This document shows positions 23,008-35,308 of a DNA stretch of 64,000 bases, piece by piece. The stretch covers positions 682,001 through 746,000 of the forward strand of contig AP026152.1 of assembly GCA_030295235.1 (NCBI GenBank). The letters are read 5' to 3'. Origin of the DNA: Fistulifera solaris (Eukaryota). The notes beneath the pieces are model-generated. The model had not been told where the DNA came from. It did no database searches and saw only the letters and a list, made by a program, of their open reading frames with translations. The position numbers and the translations under genes are program-made. Numbering within the stretch: position 1 is the first letter of the stretch; every line of letters begins with the position of its first letter.

Positions 23008-24411
23008 TTATGGATAAGAAAGCCTCACTAACCCTTCATCGATCGCATAAGTATAAGAAGGAAGCATAGTAGATGCGCCAAGAACGGTTAGTTCTGGGAG
23101 GAGAGTGTTGTCGGGGACGACAAGTTTCTGCGAAGACTCTGCGCCCATGAGCGCATACAACGCTGATCCGAGAGACGAAGCTATCACAGGCGCTCGAGCT
23201 GCACCTCCTACCAGCAAAATATGGTTGACGTTCATGGGGGTTTTCTGAGATAATTCGAGTAGCTGTGTGAGCGAGGAAGTAAACAGTGAACTCAAATCTG
23301 TCGGTGGCGGCATGTGCGGTGACAGAGCCGATTCGTTTTGCGCAGCCTGTACCAAGTACTCTTTGACGTCGTCCATGATCGCTTGCTCCAAGACAGATCG
23401 TGAAATTGAGGTATCTAAATGATGGTTCGTCGGATCGGCGAATAGATAATGCACATGGATATCGGCTCTTGATTTTGCTGATAGTTCGGCGAGTGCCACG
23501 CGGGCATGTGTTTGCAAGGCCGTGAGAGACCTTTCGTCTTCTAAAGGCTCACTCGACTCTTTTCGCAAGTGATCTATCAATATTTCTATCCATCGTTCTC
23601 CTCCCCACGGAAGTGTGATAGACGACAAAACAACATCCTTTTGCACCATCGAAAGCGCAATGCTCTTCCCACCTACATCTACTATTAGCGTCGTTCGTCC
23701 TGCCCTATCTTCTTCTGTTGGCAACAAAGATTTCCATTGGGCTCCCCAGACAGCAGCCACCGGTTCGGGTAGAAATGTGGTGGCAATATTCGCAAAAGCC
23801 GCAGAATATACGTCCGAACGCAAATACACGGCCGGTACGGTGACGACACTGCGTAGTGCTGTCGAGCTACTTTCCGGATCGTATCCTATTCGATCGAGCG
23901 TTTCATCCAAAGCGAGCCCTAAAACATCTTCCACGATTTTAGCTGCTTGTTCTGGATCGGAAGACGAGGATGATAAAACATCCCAGGGTAATGTGACTGC
24001 CGATGACGGTGAGTACGAAAATTTCTCCATAGCGCTTCTTCCTCTTGCTTCCACGACCCCGTCTTTGTACATGATTCCATTAAATAAGTGACGATCTCCT
24101 TCTCGAGTAGCAATGACTTCTGGTTTCGGATAATTGGTGGCAAGTTTCGTATAAACACTTCCGAGATCGATGAATATTGTTTTGGTCGTCGTTTCGGCCT
24201 CGGCGCTTTGCAGCATTTGCTTTTCATATTGCCGTAACTGCCATTGATAATCCTCCCATTCTTCATCCATTCGCTTCCATGCTTTGTAGGAATAACGTCC
24301 CAACACAAACACGGTAGCGACTCCTACGAGCGGTAAAATCTCTTTGCGAGCCGTCGCATGATAATAGCGTGGATGCATTGCTATCGACGGTCGCGCTACA
24401 ATCTTCCACAT
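23008..24411 (-). CDS. Hsp70/DnaK-like protein, nucleotide-binding domain only
   Basis: IDLGS, VVTVPA, EPVAA, VDVGG and LLVGG motifs; ends with no substrate-binding domain. Confidence 0.7.
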   Translation of the reverse strand: MWKIVARPSIAMHPRYYHATARKEILPLVGVATVFVLGRYSYKAWKRMDEEWEDYQWQLRQYEKQMLQSAEAETTTKTIFIDLGSVYTKLATNYPKPEVIATREGDRHLFNGIMYKDGVVEARGRSAMEKFSYSPSSAVTLPWDVLSSSSSDPEQAAKIVEDVLGLALDETLDRIGYDPESSSTALRSVVTVPAVYLRSDVYSAAFANIATTFLPEPVAAVWGAQWKSLLPTEEDRAGRTTLIVDVGGKSIALSMVQKDVVLSSITLPWGGERWIEILIDHLRKESSEPLEDERSLTALQTHARVALAELSAKSRADIHVHYLFADPTNHHLDTSISRSVLEQAIMDDVKEYLVQAAQNESALSPHMPPPTDLSSLFTSSLTQLLELSQKTPMNVNHILLVGGAARAPVIASSLGSALYALMGAESSQKLVVPDNTLLPELTVLGASTMLPSYTYAIDEGLVRLSYP

Positions 24412-24604
24412 ACTGTACAAATGTTTCAATGGAAACGACAGAGCAAACTTAAAGTCGGTTGCACGGATAAGCTGCAATATATAATAATGATAATGATGGT
24501 CTCTAAACTAACCGATTCCGACGATGACGACGATTATTTTTTTTACCGTACCTTCTTGAATGAGGTGAACGCCAAATGCACGGAAGCCTGGCAGGCCTCG
24601 ATAT

Positions 24605-25197
24605 TTACAGAATTTCTGGAGCCGGTGAACAATCCACAGATTTTCTGTAGTATATGAACTAACACAATCCTAAGTATTTATTCCTAATTTCCGAAAGTCC
24701 GAATGAATTTTCTCATGCGAATTGTTTGACGCTTTAAAACTGCAATTCTTTCCAGAATGTCTGGAATGTCGACAAAACCTCCGTAGACCGTGTGGATACC
24801 GATGCTTCCACATTTTTCTGGAAATTCTAAGGTTACAGGACTTCTCTTTGACGCAAACTGTCTGGTCCAGAATTTCTGGACTACATGCAACAGAATTTCT
24901 GGACCACGTGCAACAGAATTTCTGTTTGATGCCGCTAAACAACAACGCTACAGAATTACTGTTTGACGCATTTCACGCGTTTCCAGAATTTCTGGAAATT
25001 TCACACAACCTCCGTGTGGCGCAAGATACCGATTCCAGATTATCTGGAAACTTTATAGGATTTCTCTTCGACGCAGAATATTTGGTCCAGAATTTCCGTA
25101 GCACGCGCAACAGAATTTCTGCTGGACGCTTTTAACAACGACGCAAAATACCTGGTCCCTGGTCCAGAATTTCTGGACCTCCTCCACAGAATTACTG
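24605..25197. repeat. Irregular array of CAGAATTTCTGG-type palindromes (family C related)
   Basis: More than 10 degenerate (C/A)CAGAATTTCTG(G) cores with variable spacers. Confidence 0.8.
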
Positions 25198-25526
25198 TTA
25201 ACGCTTACTGTAAACGGCAATCTCAGGCCTATCAGTCAATAAACAAAAACTTGTTAAAGGAACCCGTGTCAGTTTTCAGTTGTCAGTGAATAAATCCTCG
25301 TTGTAATATAGACACTTACATTGATAGTGGTGAGACAGCCGGGACTGTGATAACAGTACTAAAGTAGATTCCTTGGTAAATAGTGAAATCCAAAAAGTAG
25401 CCATACGTGATTGGGAAAAGAAGCCGATCCACAAAACCAAGATTTCAAGAAAGGCGGAACATGAAGACAAAAAATGAGCAAAACTTTTGTTCATCTCAAA
25501 ATCGAAAGAAAAATATTTACAAGGCA

Positions 25527-27474
25527 ATGATGATCACACTTATTGCTATTTTAGCCCTTTTGAGCGGCCTAGCCCGCGGTCAGGTAAATAGAATTCGTGC
25601 GCGTCGTCGTGAGAATGGATGAGCACACCCGTCTCACGTTTTTATCTCTTTCTTGCTCTATTCAACATCAAGGCGGTCGATAGCTTTCCTTTCTCTCGAC
25701 TACCCTTTCGCAGTGATATCCCAACTTCCCAGCTACCTTTGTTGATCACTATTACATGGGATGATTCCGTTACTCCCTACACGTCGTGGTTATTTTCGAA
25801 AATCGCCAAGACGAAGGATCCTCATACCGGCTGCTACTTAAAATCCACATTTTATGTTTCAATCGAAGGAAACACAAAATGCGAATTCGTACAGGGACTA
25901 CGAAAGGGAGGACACGAAATAGGGACGCATACGTTGGACCATAAGGGCACTCCTAGCGTTCAACAAATTCAGGGGGCTGTCGACTGGCTCGCCGACAATT
26001 GCGGCGTCCCTCCTCAAGAAATGAGAGGTTTCCGAACACCATTTTTAAATTGGGATGATAGCACTCTGCAAAACTTGCACCAACTTGGTTTCTTGTATGA
26101 TTCGTCGATTGGGCCTACAGATCACATTGCCAACAACCAAGGAGCGGATCACACTTGGCCGTTCACGTTCGACCAGGCCAACATTGATCAGTTCGAAAAT
26201 GGCAAACCCAACATTGATATTACACCTGCGCCCGGACTCTGGGAAATTCCCATGTGGTCTTTGTATGACACTGCTGGTCAAGCCGTCATTCCGATGGATT
26301 ATCCCAATCCGAACGGTCCCAACTCTGTCATTCCGAATTTGATTCACCCCAACTTTTTGAAGCACTACAACGGCAACCGAGCTCCCCTCGGACTCTTCTT
26401 TCATGCATCGTGGTTGGTGGCTAACGGAGATGCTTTTGCTGCCTGGATTCAAGATATCATGAATACTTACACGGACGTCTTTTTCGTAACATCCTACGAG
26501 CTACTGCAGTACATGAAAAATCCGGTTCCGGCTTCGCAGTTCGTACAAAGTTGTCCCAACCAACAGTTGTGCTTCGCGCCACGTGACACGGGATGTTTGT
26601 TTGGAAAGTTTAACGGAGAAACATGCCAGTGTGACTGCACGCCCCCTTACTGTCGAGGACCCGATGGAGCCTGCACGGAATACACCAACTGTCCCGTCGC
26701 GCCCACCACACCCATTGCCCCCGTAATGGCGCCCGTCGCGGCTCCCGTTCCTCCTTACACTGGACCCGGGTGTTGCTCTCAAACTTTCAAAAGTTGCGAT
26801 GTGACTTGGTGTGGAACGACCGAAGCTCAATGCAACGCGTGCTCGGGTCAACTGAAATGGTTAGCCAATGGACCCTTGACGAACTGTATGGCTAACTGGG
26901 CTTGGGGATGTTCGAAAGATACAGATTGCTGCGATGGACTCGTTTGCAGTGCCAGTTCTTGTACTCCTGGTATTCGTTCGCCCACGCCCGTGGCCGCCCC
27001 GGTACCGGTCGCTCCTGTGCCAGTGCCCACACCCATAGCGGCTCCAGTGCCGGTGCCCTCTCCTGTCAGAGCCCCTGTTCCTGCACCTTCTCCAGTCAGA
27101 GTACCTACACCGGTCGCTCCTGTTCCTGTGCCAGCTCCTGTTAGAGTACCTACACCCGTTGTGGCTCCGGTACCAGTCCCATCACCCGTGGTGGCTCCCC
27201 TTCCAGCTCCCTCTCCGGTCGTATCTCCGGTCTCGACACAAGGCTGTTGTTCGCAGGATGCTCTCCAGTGCAACGTGAATTGGTGCGGTACTACCCAAGC
27301 GAGCTGCAAAGCGTGTGGTTCTTCGTATACCTGGCTCGCTAATGGAGCTCCAGCGGCCGGAAGCTGTTTGGCGCGATGGGCCACCTGCGGAGGTTCCGTG
27401 CCGTGCTGTCCTGGAACCTTTGCGACCGAAAAAGTCAATGGCATTCCAGTTGCGAGCCGGGTCCTACTTGGTAG
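25527..27474 (+). CDS. Secreted polysaccharide (chitin) deacetylase with Cys-rich repeats, P/V-rich linker and CBM1-like C-terminus
   Basis: Signal-peptide exon, intron 25584-25672; [30 protein letters not shown] and [10 protein letters not shown] motifs; adding one T at 27419-27421 gives [17 protein letters not shown]. Confidence 0.85.
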
Positions 27475-27723
27475 AGCGTTCATTATGTGTGATCGCAGTA
27501 GCTATATATTTTATAGAATATACGTCAGTCATCGTTGTCAAATTCGTTTAATTACTTTGCAGCCTTCGGAGAATGAAATGACCATTTTTATAGAGCATAG
27601 AAGGACCCAATGCACATTTTGCTTTTACAAATTGGAATAGCATAGTTGCTGCATTGCGCGTGCATGTTGCGAAAAAAGATAATGGATAAATCATCATCAA
27701 CTAATTCACCGCATACCTAATGA

Positions 27724-27746
27724 CTCATGACTAAAAAGCAGTCATG
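27724..27746. promoter_or_regulatory. 23-bp palindrome, copy 4 (overlaps TGACTCA)
   Basis: ctcatgactaaaaagcagtcatg, ~170 bp upstream of the CRT-like ATG. Confidence 0.45.
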
Positions 27747-27914
27747 TAAAAAGTAATCTACATTTTGGACTTATAGTCGAATTGGCATTGACGCTGCGAT
27801 GACGCGGGTTCGGAACGAAATTCTCAAGAACAACAACGCCATGCTATGCGTGTGCTTGTTTATTCCTTGTCATTCATTGATTCATCAACACCATACAATT
27901 AATACAAACAAAGG

Positions 27915-29646
27915 ATGATAGAACCAAGATCTTCGCTATTACACTTGCATCGGAAATCATCGTATTCGCGATCTGCAGAAACGGCGGAAATCTTTCATGC
28001 AGAAGCATTTGATGATTTACAACCCGAACGACCGATTCATCCTGCTCTCGAATATGAAGTCCTTCTTCACGAAGAGGACGATGAAGATGAGAACATCACC
28101 ATGAATCAAAGCAATTCGCCTCAAGAGATAAAAGAGGATATGACTGGCCGTTCAGCAACCCCCGGAACACCAAGAATACAAAACACAAAAACAAACACAT
28201 CACGTCTCGTCAAACTCGTGTTGAGTTTCATTCTTTACTCATCTCCGGCACGGGCACAGTCGTTTTTATGAAGCTACAAGCGATTCCCATGTACAATTAT
28301 CCCAATTTTCTTAATCTCTTTTGTCACTTTTGCTACATTCCCCTTTCATTCCTCTACATCATTCCCATGATTCGCTACGGAACAAACATTACACCCGAAC
28401 AAATTGCCATGAGTCGAACGCCCTTTCTCATTATGGGTGCACTCGATTGTCTGGCATCCACCTTGCAACTCTTTGCGGCCATTTATGTACCGGGAAACTT
28501 ACTGGTCTTGTTACCGCAAGCCGTTATACCTTGCAGTATGGCCTTGTCGTATTTGTTGCGACGAGAGCGCTATCACTGGCGGCAATATACGGGGGCGCTG
28601 ATAGTATTGTTGGGACTGGTGGTGGTACTCGAACCTGTATTGACGTTTCATCATGCTCCCGACTATTCTTGTGAAGCGGTAAATATCGACAATGATTGTA
28701 CCGTGTGTCAATCGGAAACGACACAACAATCGTGTCTGTCGCATGTACAGCCGATCGACGACGTTGGTGAATATGCGAATCTTTGTCAGTGGCTGCCCTA
28801 TCAGCAAGCGTCGAAAAAGGACGACGAATTGACGTTCGGGTGGTCTCTGCTATTATTGGCATCGGCCATCCCCATGACGTTGTCGGCCATGTATAAACAA
28901 GCCGCACTTGATATCGCGGAACTCGATCCTGTTTATATGAATGGATGGATATCTATCTTTCAGTTTTTATTTGCGCTCTTGGTGGCGGTTCCAGCGGCGA
29001 GGATGACAAATGTTGCTCCGATCGACGTGCCGCAAAATATGTGGGATGGTTTGCTTTGCTTTCTGGGACACGGTACGTATCTGCTCGGGCCTGTGTGTGA
29101 TGCCATCACGAGTGTTTCTCATTTGTTTCTGTTCTTGTTCTTGAAGATACAAACGACTCGGGTTGTCATCCGGATGCTTGCTCCTCTCATACTCCCATTC
29201 TTGTGGGAGCGTATCTTGCGTTCGCTATGCTCTATTCCACATGTATGCTATGCGTGCTCAAATACGGATCCACATCTACCTTGTTTCTCGCGCAGACTCT
29301 TCTTGTACCTGTAGGAAATTTAGCCTTTTCGTTCCCGCTGTTTCAGAACAATGCGCCCCTTTATACTTCGGATGTGATGGGGTTGATGGTGATTCTCTCG
29401 GGTCTCATTTTGTATCGATTCTGGGGTGACGATGAGCCACTCCCCGACGATCCATCACAAGGCACGAGCCCGTGGCTTCAGCAACTTTTACGAGTCCAAG
29501 GGGAAGCACCTTCCCCGTGGTATCTGGATATGGTGGAACATTTACGGACACAAGTGCAGCAAACGGGGAATACACCGTGGCTGAATGATTTGCTACGCCA
29601 CATGGAAGAACCACTTTTGCAGGGAAGAAATAATGAATATCATTGA
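27915..29646 (+). CDS. CRT-like (chloroquine-resistance-transporter family) membrane protein
   Basis: KLQAIPMYNYPNF, GALD, LLPQAVIP, YMNGW..FQ and KYGS motifs; frameshift at 28234-28236; intron 29073-29146. Confidence 0.8.
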
Positions 29647-30044
29647 AAAGATAATAAGCCTCGCACAAATGTTCAGCCGCAATCGACAAAGTACCAGGTA
29701 ACGAGGTAATGGGCGCCTTTCCTTCGCGATTAAAAGTTCAATTGTCGATTCTTAACAACACAAGTCATAATTTAGCTAATTTCATTTGAAACACCACTAG
29801 CAATTCGATGAAATATGGGTCCTTTATTATGATCGTATTCTAGATCCGATGCGGTGAAATGTTATAAGTTATGATGTGAGGTGCGGCGCACAAGGTGACA
29901 CCAAGTGCGCAAAAATGAATAGGGTGCTGTGTGCAGTGTAAACAATCACGTCTAATCGAGACGTGTGGGTGTGTGATTCAGTGTGGGAAACAAACAAGTT
30001 GCTGGTGTGCGATCCAACCTGTGCAAGTAATAAATATTGCAGTT

Positions 30045-31758
30045 TCAACAGCCAACGGCCGTTGCGGCAGGACTGGACATGGAGTAGTATTTGGAGGATG
30101 TTCTTTGACGTTTGCCAGAACCCGAAAGCATATTCTCATGTTCTTCTTCATCGTGGCTGTCATCGGACGCAGAACTTTCATCCGACAGCGCAACCAAGCT
30201 GCTCGCGATCGAGCGAAGAATATCCGGGATGGGAATCTTTGTAGGGGCCGACTGCGACGACGCCTTGACCGCTGGTCGCCCACGTTTCGCAGTACTTGCG
30301 GCTGGTTTTTCAAATGCAGTTGCCGCCTGCAATAGCTTGCTCAACTGATTCGACGGAACACCTCCATCCGAAAGGGAGCACGGATCGACTGCCTCGTACG
30401 GTTCTTGCTGCGCTGCCAACGTCGGCGATGACTGGTCCATCCGAGGAATCGACGGAACAAAGTTGTGATCCGGGTCAATCTTGGTCAGATAATCCAACAG
30501 AGCGTCATTTTCATCTTCCAGCTGTCGGCAAATCTCTGACATCTGCTCGGTAAACAATCGCTTTCTATCTCGCGTACGCTTAGCGTGCATGCGGTTTCTC
30601 TCTCGTCGAATCCTATCCAACTCTTCGGGCGAACACTTGGATCGATCTTTACCGAGCAACTCGTAATCAATTCCGTCTTCTGTCTCATCAGCAGTACTTT
30701 CTTGTAAAGCCTTGGCATTCTTTGACGCATGTTGACCCGGTAAGATCAACGCAGGCAACTCCGAGACCTTCGACGCGTCAGGAATCTCATCGACGGGACG
30801 CTTCAAAAGATTTTCTACCTCCGGATCTTCTGCAGACGACTGCACATTGATAGGAGACTTGGCAAAAAGACCAACCAGAATCGAAGCAGTGTTTTTCTCG
30901 TTGATAATTTGTCTCAAACGAAGCTGTTCGCGTTTCAAATCTTCCGCGCGGCTTTGCAGACTTTGCATTTGTTCCTTCTTTCGCTGACGTGTTTTTCGTG
31001 CATGAATGCGATTCCGCTCGCGACTGGCAAGCGTAGTTCGAAAGTTTCGTGTCATGGTCGATTATGAAGCAAATAAACGGATATTTGAAAGCAATGCGTC
31101 GAAGATTTTGACAAGCAAACATCAAGTGAGAAAGACAAAAAGGGAAAAAAAACCTCAACAAGGCACGAGATCGATCACGGCAAACAGATGCACGACGAAA
31201 ACAGAAGGCAAAGTACACTTTGAGCCACAGTCATGAGTGATGACACGTCTCGATGCCCAATAATGCTGTACGGAACGCAAACGGCCGCCTGCAGAGAATA
31301 ATTCTGTGCAAATTCGCAGCGACTGGTGGTCCGACACGACTCTACACTTCAGAAGAGAGTGCATTGAAAAACCATTTGCGCGCCAAAGCAAAGACAGAAG
31401 GACTCGCGCGAGCCACACCAAGACACTTTCTGTCGTAGTTCATGTCGCAGGTCTTGACAGTGCGAAAAACAGTGGTGACGCTTCCGAAAAAAGAACTGCA
31501 CCTTCCACATGACGGACACGATTTCAAACGCTTGCGAAATGACAGCCGCCATCACGTCGTGTATCACCTCGTCGTCGATACGGGAGGTACGCAACGATGA
31601 TCGAGCCAGAATATCAACCAAAACGTTTCAGTTACGTACCATCTTTGTGCGCGCTCTTTCACATCCTCTTTTCTAGAGCTAGCAGATTGTCGCGTGGCTT
31701 TCGATGCCCCCAAAGAAGCGCTTGCCTCCGATCTATCACCCTCCATCACACCCTGCAT
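30045..31758 (-). CDS. Transcription factor with two bZIP domains, 2 exons
   Basis: RERNRIHARKTRQRKK and RRERNRMHAKRTRDRKR, each followed by a zipper; exon 1 (31640-31758) splices in phase over intron 31024-31639. Confidence 0.85.
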
Positions 31759-32368
31759 TTTCCCGTGTTGCAAACAGCAGTGCCACAAAGATGACAAATA
31801 CTACACAAAAATGTGTTCAACAAGCACTGATGAGTAGTTGATCGAATCAATAGGCAACAGTTTTACGAACAACGAGTGCGTGGCGAACCCCCGAACGATG
31901 GTCGCGTTTTCTGTCGTATCCGCCACTCGCAGGAGTCGTGAAACCTCGCATCAACATCAAAACATTACTGGCTTCGATTCTTCTCTCCTTTTACTTACGT
32001 CTTTTTCTACTTTTTGATCAAAATCTATAACAAGGAAAACAAACAACAAACGAAAGCGAATGTCAACATCCGTTGTGCAGAAAAGAAAAAACGGCGGAGG
32101 ATGTGATGGCGCCAAATAAACGATCGAAATTTTGGGTCCTTCTGCTCGTGTGTTCGGTGGTCATCGATGCGCCGCGTGAAAAATGCACGGCAGATGGTAC
32201 GTACAGTACAAAAAATGCAAGACTGTACAGTCTACGTTATAATAAGCCAGGCTACTATTAACGACAGTGTAGTCGTGTTCGCGTTCCGAGTTTCTGAAGT
32301 ATACCTTAATTGTACTATAAACGTAGTTTGCTAAGGTCATTAATCGCAACTTAGCTAATTTTTGATGT

Positions 32369-34694
32369 TCAACTCAGCTTGGAGAGAGATTTTTCGAGCG
32401 TAGGCAGCTCTTTACTGACATGCAAGATGTGAGTAATCTGGTCGTAAGAGCTGTCAACAGAAAAACGGAATGGTGAGCATCTTTCAAGGATGATATTGTA
32501 GTTTGCAAATACAAAAATGAACTTACTTGGTCAGCGGATACGAGCAGACAAACTCAATGAAATCTTGACCATCTTTGCCGTAATGAATATTCGTCGAACA
32601 TGCTGGTCTGCCCATGGCAACCTCCTCCAATAAATGGTGGGGTTTGCCTGGACGAACTTTCGCCTCCTGCACGGTACCTTCGCCTTCCAGCAGCGAGATG
32701 TATTCTTTGCCTTCCACTTCCATTTGTGTGTAGCCAGTAATGCGTGTCCAGGCCTCGTTCACATTCACGATCTTGAAAGGAGGCTCTGCAAGTGTTATAA
32801 CGCGAGCCTCTAACTGCGTGGGAGCCAACGCCATTTCGAGTGACCCAGGAATAATCTGAGCGCTGCCTTCATTACCGCTGGCTCGTTCCAGCTGTTGCAT
32901 AAATCCCATGGCGTCGTACACAATCTCGATACTCGAAAGCTTGTTTCGCGAGCTGAAGCTAGCGCGAAGCATTCCCGGCATGAGACAATCCGCCAAGGCA
33001 CCGCACAGTACGGCATCTTGCGATCGGAAAACAAATGGGCACATCAACACGTTATCCACCAGAATCATGAAATCTTCGTTGACGTGAAACGAGGCACGAA
33101 TCTGGGCTACATTGTTCTCCGAACTACCAGAGGAAGATTCAGCATCGTTGGATATCATGACTGGGGCTGCTCCACTGCCGTTGCTTGCAGAAACCTGATT
33201 GGACGAACGAGGAAAGACCTGCGGGGCTCTCGCTTCGCCGAAATTCGGAGGACGTAACAATGGTTGTCCGTTTTCTTCAAGGGCCACGGGGCGAATGTTG
33301 TGGGGAATGCCTCCTTTCTTGGCAATATTGGGAGGTAGCAGCCCTTCACTTCGAGTCTCATCGGCATTTTCTCCGTGTCTTCTCCGCTTGGTCGGGCGCG
33401 ATGCGGCGATGGCTGCCTGCGAGTCTTCTCCCGAAGAGGAATCGGTGCTAGTTCGCTTGCCCGAAGAAGTTTCATTCGACTCTTCCGGTGAATCTTCCGC
33501 CGCAGGACTGCTCTCCTCGGAGTCGCCAAGTTTTGGATCTGGTAAAGGTCTTGCGTGATAGTCATGGAAATCATTAGACGGCGGTCGCTTCAACCGACTA
33601 TCATTGCTACTTCCACTCGACGAGCTCACTTTCTTGGCGTGCTGTGCAGAGTCGCGAAGAGTCTCAATTGACTGCTGGGACGGCTTCTTTATTGCGGCTG
33701 TGTCTTCTCCACTCGATGTGTTGTTCGAAAATCCTGAATTAGAAGATAGACTAGAAACGGCATGTTGAAGCTTTCCATCCTGTGGAGCGACACAACGAGG
33801 CATCTTTTGTTTCCTCGTTTAGAATGTTCTAGAAGCAGGAATTCATCACGCTTTATCTGCATCCAGCGGCTGCTTCTCGATCCAATATTTTCAATCATGA
33901 CGGACAAGCTAGCAGCTTCGCAGATCATGGCTTGCACGCCCCTCGAGCATCGACATTCCTGATCGATAGCCACAAGTAAGACAAACCGCATTGGTGTTGC
34001 TACTTCACATTGTATAATCGACACGTACCTTTTCAATTTCACATCTTCGAAATGACCTGTACGGTGTCACAGGCTGCTTCAAGCAAAAGTTATCTTCTGC
34101 CAAGGTCTTCCACTTCCGCTCGTCCGTTTCAAATTTGGTCAAGAATCGAAGAAAATCCCGAACGACATTGCGGCGAACGTTTTGCACCTCCGCCATATGC
34201 TGTATTGCAACGCGACGTTGACGAACTTCTTCGATTCGTTCCGCATGCAATCCTTCGACTAGCTCTTTCAGCTTTTGTACGTAGGCTTTCTTCCGCAATC
34301 TTGTTGATCTGGCATGTTCCCGGTTTCTATCGCGATTTTGTTGAACCTTTTCAGTCGTCAGTACATCTCCCTGGTGTGATGTTAAATTGCTGTCAAAGTC
34401 GGCGTTGTTACCAGAAGCAACCAACGAAGTTGGCTGAGCGCCATTCGCCATCATCAGCGAGTTCGCTCCCAGCATGCGTAGAAACGCATTCGAATCGGGC
34501 ATCATGGATGCTGTCTGAAATAGCTGAGCTTGATTCGTGTTCGTCATGAGATTGAGAAGCTGGGTTGGCATGTGCTGATTGTTTACAGCAAGCGCCTGCG
34601 CCTGATTTGCCGCATTCATTCCTCCTTGCATTGATGCTCCGGCATCGTTAGCACTCGATTGGTGGTTCCTTGATGGTAAATGGTTGTTATTCAT
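32369..34694 (-). CDS. bZIP-PAS transcription factor
   Basis: RDRNREHARSTRLRKK bZIP; C-terminal PAS (VITLAEPPFKIVNVNEAWTRITGY); introns 33959-34028 and 32451-32526; frameshift at 33805-33808. Confidence 0.85.
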
Positions 34695-35043
34695 GGTTCA
34701 TAAAATAATGTGTTTGTGATGTTTGTGGTGTGTCTTTTCCTTTTTGAGAGGAGAGAAAATCAGTGGCGATGATGTGTGAAGAATTTTCTTTGTGATACGT
34801 GATCGTCAACCATCACCGAAACAGTGGCACTTTCCGAACACTTGTACTCTCCTATAGAAAATCAAGTACAAAATAAATATTTCAGCAAAAATGAAATGTG
34901 CGTACTTGAAACTCAGGAAAAGAAACTTCATGAAGGGGTGCTTCTGGTACACGAATGTGCAACCAATGTAAACGTAAACAACAGATGAATTATTCACGAC
35001 AACACCTCTCCTCTGATGGGTACGCACCTGCACTTGCTCTTAG

Positions 35044-35081
35044 CCAATCAAAATCATAGATCATTCGCGTGATCTGATTGG
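35044..35081. promoter_or_regulatory. Inverted pair of CCAAT boxes in a divergent promoter
   Basis: CCAATCA (35044) and TGATTGG (35075) flank an AGATCA/TGATCT inverted repeat, between the bZIP-PAS gene and the 35309 gene. Confidence 0.4.
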
Positions 35082-35308
35082 TTGCTAGATCATATTGGAC
35101 GAAATTTGTCTCGTTCTCTAGCTGGGAGACGCAATAGTACTGTCGGCACTGACGCACTTGTCTGAAAAATCTTCTCAGAAATCAACGAAAAACTCCACCC
35201 GCGACCATGGGCCCACGCATCATCCTCCGCCGCCAACGTTGTTGATGTGAACGTTGGCAACTTCTTTGTGTTCGTGTTTGCAGCACTGCGTAGACTAATG
35301 GCTATGCT

